Shown here one piece after another: positions 16,819 to 19,865 of a stretch of DNA of 19,865 nt. The notes beneath the pieces are model-generated. The model worked only from the letters and a program-made list of their open reading frames with translations, ran no database searches and was not told the DNA's origin. The position numbers and the translations under genes were made by a program. This stretch comes from Deltaproteobacteria bacterium (GTDB lineage Bacteria; Desulfobacterota; Desulfobacteria; Desulfobacterales; Magnetomoraceae). The stretch lies in the NCBI GenBank assembly GCA_002753725.1, contig PEAL01000065.1, positions 1-19,865 on the forward strand. The letters are read 5' to 3'. Numbering within the stretch: the stretch's first letter is position 1; every line of letters begins with the position of its first letter.

Positions 16819-18198
16819 ATGAAAAATTCATACGATGTCATTATTGTAGGCGGCGGTCCTGCAGGACTGTTTTCTGCCTGGTATTTTAGTGAATATTCTG
16901 ATTTGCGGGTCTTGTTGATTGAACGTGGAAAAGCACCATTCAAGCGAAAATGTCCGGTGAGTGATAAACATCCCTGTGTTAAATGTAAACCCTGCAATAT
17001 TTTGTGCGGGATCGGTGGCGCCGGGCTGTTTTCAGATGGAAAACTTAATTATATTCATAAACTGGGGAAAACTGACCTGACACAATTTTTACCGGTTCAT
17101 CAGGCAATGGCACTGATCGATGAAACAGAAACCATTTTTAATCGATTTGGTATGGATGGCCCCATTTATCCCACCAATATGGATGAGGCCAAACGCATTC
17201 GAAAAGAGGCCAAAAAAAATGGCATTGATCTTTTGATTATCAAGCAAAAACACCTGGGTAGTGATTTGTTACCGCAATATATTTCAGGTATGGCAGATGC
17301 GGTTCAGGCAAAGGGAGTTCATTTTCATACAGAAGAAGCGGTTGAAGATATTATCGTTGAAAAAAATCATATTCAGGGTGTCGTTACCACCAAAGATACT
17401 TACCATGCACCCAATGTGATTCTTGCTCCTGGGCGTGTGGGTGCGGATTGGGTCACCCGTGTGGCACGAAAACATGGAATTGGACAAACCCATCGAGGTA
17501 TTGAAACCGGCATTCGGGTGGAAGTTCATAACGATATCATGCAGGATTTATGTGATATTATTTATGACCCAACTTTTTTTATTCAAACCCAAAAATATGA
17601 TGATCAAACACGAACCTTCTGTACCAACAAGGGAGGTTTTGTGACGCTTGAAAATTATAAGCATTTTGTATGTGTCAACGGCCATGCGTATCAAAATAAA
17701 AAGTCCAATAACACCAATTTTGCGTTTCTTTCAAAGGTCATTCTTACAGAACCGGTCACAGATAATCAGGCATATGGTGAAGCCATTGGCAATTTGGCCA
17801 CGCTGATTGGCGGAGGAAAACCGATTCTTCAACGGTTTGGCGATCTCAAAAGAGGGCGGCGAAGTACCTGGCAACGCATCAAAAAAGGATATATCGAACC
17901 GACCATGACCAATGTGGTCTGTGGTGATATTGCCATGGCACTTCCAGAACGTATTTTAACCAACCTCATTGAAGGGCTTGATAAATTAAACACGGTTATC
18001 CCCGGTGTTTCCAACGATGAAACCCTTTTGTATGCGCCTGAAATCAAATTTTTTGCCACCCAAATTGAAACCACAAGTCATCTGGAAACAAAAATCAAAG
18101 GCATGTATGTTGCTGGCGATGGTCCCGGTGTTGCAGGAAATATTGTTTCTGCCGCAGCCACAGGGATTATCCCTGCAAAAGCGATTCTTTCAATATAA
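16819..18198 (+). CDS. FAD-dependent dehydrogenase/oxidoreductase, 459 aa, with an N-terminal Rossmann FAD-binding motif and a ferredoxin-like Cys cluster.
   Basis: N-terminal DVIIVGGGPAGL (GxGxxG dinucleotide-binding fold). Cys cluster C-x7-C-x2-C-x2-C-x3-C (KCPVSDKHPCVKCKPCNILCG, nt 16951-17007) followed by GIGGAGLFSDGKL. Second glycine-rich stretch MYVAGDGPGVAGNIVSAAATG near the C-terminus. This architecture resembles the uncharacterised FAD-dependent dehydrogenase family widespread in anaerobes. Confidence 0.8.
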   Translation: MKNSYDVIIVGGGPAGLFSAWYFSEYSDLRVLLIERGKAPFKRKCPVSDKHPCVKCKPCNILCGIGGAGLFSDGKLNYIHKLGKTDLTQFLPVHQAMALIDETETIFNRFGMDGPIYPTNMDEAKRIRKEAKKNGIDLLIIKQKHLGSDLLPQYISGMADAVQAKGVHFHTEEAVEDIIVEKNHIQGVVTTKDTYHAPNVILAPGRVGADWVTRVARKHGIGQTHRGIETGIRVEVHNDIMQDLCDIIYDPTFFIQTQKYDDQTRTFCTNKGGFVTLENYKHFVCVNGHAYQNKKSNNTNFAFLSKVILTEPVTDNQAYGEAIGNLATLIGGGKPILQRFGDLKRGRRSTWQRIKKGYIEPTMTNVVCGDIAMALPERILTNLIEGLDKLNTVIPGVSNDETLLYAPEIKFFATQIETTSHLETKIKGMYVAGDGPGVAGNIVSAAATGIIPAKAILSI

Positions 18199-18213
18199 AC
18201 AGGTTTTGTAACA

Positions 18214-19716
18214 ATGATTCTTCACATCTCAAAAGTATTTATTTTTTTTATTTATTGCATGGTTGGTTACCTACTGTTGATTGTTCCTGGCCTTTGCCAG
18301 GAAGAGCCGGGAGAAACAGCTTTTGATTTGGGGGTGTTTGCTTTTGAAGACAAGGATTTTGATTCCGCCGAAAGACATTTGTTAAAGGCACTGTCCTTAG
18401 CCCCTGATCAGCCCTTTTACTGCCTTTTTCTGGGCAAGGTTTACCTGGCCATCAATCAGCTTGATAAGGCTGAAAAATTTTTGACAAAAGCCTTTCAGCT
18501 AAATCCAATTATGAACGGCCTGAATTATGACCTGGCATACCTGACATTTAAGCAATCACGCTTTAGCGATGCGGCAGATCGTTTTTCAAAAATTGTCGAA
18601 AACGATCCCCTTACCCAAAATGTACTGGCTTGTTACTATGCCGGCATATCATTTTTTGAATGTAATCAATATGAAAAGGCCATTCAATATCTTATGCGTG
18701 CTGCCGAACGTAGCCCCACAATTAAACCCAACAGTATGTTTTACTGTGGTATCTGCTATTATAAACAACATCAAACCCAAAAGGCCGTTCAACATTTTGA
18801 ATATGTGTTGATGCATGCCCCCGCCGATGAATTAAAAGACCATGCAAAAAAATGGCTTATTGCCCTTCGGGCTCAAAAATCTCAGGAACAGCCCTTTGAT
18901 TGTTTAGTCAAACTCTCGGTTCAGGCAGATGATAATGTCATGATCGTTTCCCCTGACTGGATTACCGGAGACGAATCTGATGGTGTTATGCAATTTTATC
19001 TTGCGGGAAAATATTTTTTTACCCCAAAGGATCGCCATCGTTTGGGGGTCGGATTTCGGCATTATCAAACCGTTCATCAGGATCTTTCAGAATTTGACCT
19101 GATGGGAAATATCATTGATATTGCTTATTCATTCCAAATGCCTTTGATTACGCTGGGCCTGAAATACTCACCATCCGCTTACAGGCTCGATGGCAGACAA
19201 TATATAACACGACACCAGTGGAAAGGTCATGTATTGTGGAACGTTTCGGATAACCTGATGAATCGTTTTGCTTATTCCTGTTATATCCAAAATCATGATG
19301 AAAACAGTGAGCGGGATGGGCACACGCATGACATTTCAATGGATATGTATTATAGGCTTAAAAAACATAAAATGAAACTATTGGCAGGTTTTTCAGCAGA
19401 GGAAAACCATCGAAATGAAATGCGATATCAATATGAGGACTTAAAATTCACTCTGGGCCTGACCAAAAAACTTTTGTATACATTGACATTTCATAGTAAG
19501 CTGGGTATTTCTCACAGACGCCACGAGCAATGGGATGAATTGGGCTTTAAGCGAAAGGATAACAAATTTGAGTTTTCATGTACTATTTTAAAGCCGGTCT
19601 GGCAAAAAGGTATGGAAATAGGGTTTGATTACAGTTATACAAAAAATAATTCAATTTTAGACGCATACGATTATCGACGAAATATTTTTGGTATATCGTT
19701 TTTATATCATTATTAA
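18214..19716 (+). CDS. Outer-membrane protein of 500 aa: signal peptide, an N-terminal TPR-repeat domain of about 200 aa, and a C-terminal beta-barrel-like domain of about 280 aa.
   Basis: Hydrophobic N-terminus (IFFIYCMVGYLLLIVPGLC). TPR-like helical repeats (AERHLLKALSLAPDQPFYCLFLGKVYLAINQLDKAEKFLTKAFQLNP..., AIQYLMRAAERSP..., AVQHFEYVLMHAP). The C-terminal half is rich in alternating aromatic/polar strands and ends with the aromatic tail ISFLYHY typical of OM barrels. The start is 15 nt after the FAD-dehydrogenase stop. Confidence 0.7.
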   Translation: MILHISKVFIFFIYCMVGYLLLIVPGLCQEEPGETAFDLGVFAFEDKDFDSAERHLLKALSLAPDQPFYCLFLGKVYLAINQLDKAEKFLTKAFQLNPIMNGLNYDLAYLTFKQSRFSDAADRFSKIVENDPLTQNVLACYYAGISFFECNQYEKAIQYLMRAAERSPTIKPNSMFYCGICYYKQHQTQKAVQHFEYVLMHAPADELKDHAKKWLIALRAQKSQEQPFDCLVKLSVQADDNVMIVSPDWITGDESDGVMQFYLAGKYFFTPKDRHRLGVGFRHYQTVHQDLSEFDLMGNIIDIAYSFQMPLITLGLKYSPSAYRLDGRQYITRHQWKGHVLWNVSDNLMNRFAYSCYIQNHDENSERDGHTHDISMDMYYRLKKHKMKLLAGFSAEENHRNEMRYQYEDLKFTLGLTKKLLYTLTFHSKLGISHRRHEQWDELGFKRKDNKFEFSCTILKPVWQKGMEIGFDYSYTKNNSILDAYDYRRNIFGISFLYHY

Positions 19717-19753
19717 AACATTCATTCTTTGGATAAATACTATGATTTCTTAA

Positions 19754-19760
19754 AAGGAGG
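19754..19760 (+). promoter_or_regulatory. Canonical Shine-Dalgarno sequence AAGGAGG, 9 nt upstream of the ATG at 19770.
   Basis: Read directly: taaaaggaggaataatagaATG. Confidence 0.55.
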
Positions 19761-19769
19761 AATAATAGA

Positions 19770-19865
19770 ATGAGAAAAATGATTTATTTTTCAATGATGA
19801 TTCTTTTTTTGGCATCTTTATGGATTATCCCATCATCCAGTAACGCTGTAAAAGGTGATTTTAAC
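19770..19865 (+). CDS. 5' end of a secreted (Sec signal peptide) protein. Truncated by the window edge.
   Basis: Translation MRKMIYFSMMILFLASLWIIPSSSNA-VKGDFN has the n/h/c regions of a signal peptide with an AxA-like cleavage site (SNA). It follows the strong SD and is open to the end of the window. Confidence 0.5.
   Translation, partial: MRKMIYFSMMILFLASLWIIPSSSNAVKGDFN

Noticed and set aside
15921-19339. Small ORFs overlapping the SPFH, FAD-dehydrogenase and TPR-barrel genes (15921-16145 +, 16791-16997 -, 17284-17529 -, 17423-17644 +, 17829-18074 -, 18005-18211 +, 18569-18811 +, 19148-19339 -)
   Set aside because: All are out of frame or antisense within longer CDSs with clear domain signatures. 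None has a recognisable start context.
1-19865. Mobile element, prophage or integron signatures
   Set aside because: No transposase, integrase, recombinase or phage structural gene was found. No terminal inverted repeats bracket any segment. Only the edge hairpin repeats hint at something accessory.

Overview
The window is AT-rich DNA from what appears to be a Gram-negative bacterium. The evidence is an OmpA-type anchor domain, a TPR plus C-terminal barrel outer-membrane protein, and a canonical AAGGAGG ribosome-binding site at 19754. I found no transposase or integrase, no rRNA or tRNA, and no intact CRISPR array.

Layout, left to right:
- 1-125: a cluster of GC-rich hairpins. It includes a 17-nt direct repeat present twice with a 65-bp period, cut by the window edge.
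- 365-1566, plus strand: two tandem paralogous small four-helix membrane proteins of about 200 aa each.
- 1605-1626: a hairpin shared by convergent genes.
- 1806-16616, minus strand: a tightly packed five-gene cluster. In order of transcription: SPFH/band-7 protein; a lipoprotein made of two complete solute-binding domains (type I LIVBP-like plus family-5 peptide-binding); two paralogous genes fusing a LIVBP-like periplasmic binding domain to a pentameric ligand-gated ion channel (Pro-loop/Cys-loop superfamily) core; and a 2295-aa surface protein. The surface protein has a signal peptide, a parallel beta-helix domain, about 20 tandem Ig-like repeats of about 88 aa (visible as ~265-bp repeats in the DNA) and a C-terminal OmpA-like peptidoglycan-binding domain. 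Intergenic gaps are 25, 2, 31 and 11 nt.
- 16617-16818: a divergent promoter region with an 8-bp inverted repeat and phased A-tract repeats.
- 16819-19716, plus strand: an FAD-dependent dehydrogenase with a ferredoxin-like Cys cluster, then a TPR plus beta-barrel outer-membrane protein.
- 19770 to the window end, plus strand: the start of a secreted protein behind the strong Shine-Dalgarno site.

The most interesting candidate system is the SPFH / tandem-binding-protein / two binding-protein-gated channels / giant adhesin cluster. It looks like an uncharacterised extracellular-ligand sensing and channel module linked to a cell-surface adhesin. All domain calls rest on motif-level reading of the translations. 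No database search or numeric alignment was possible.
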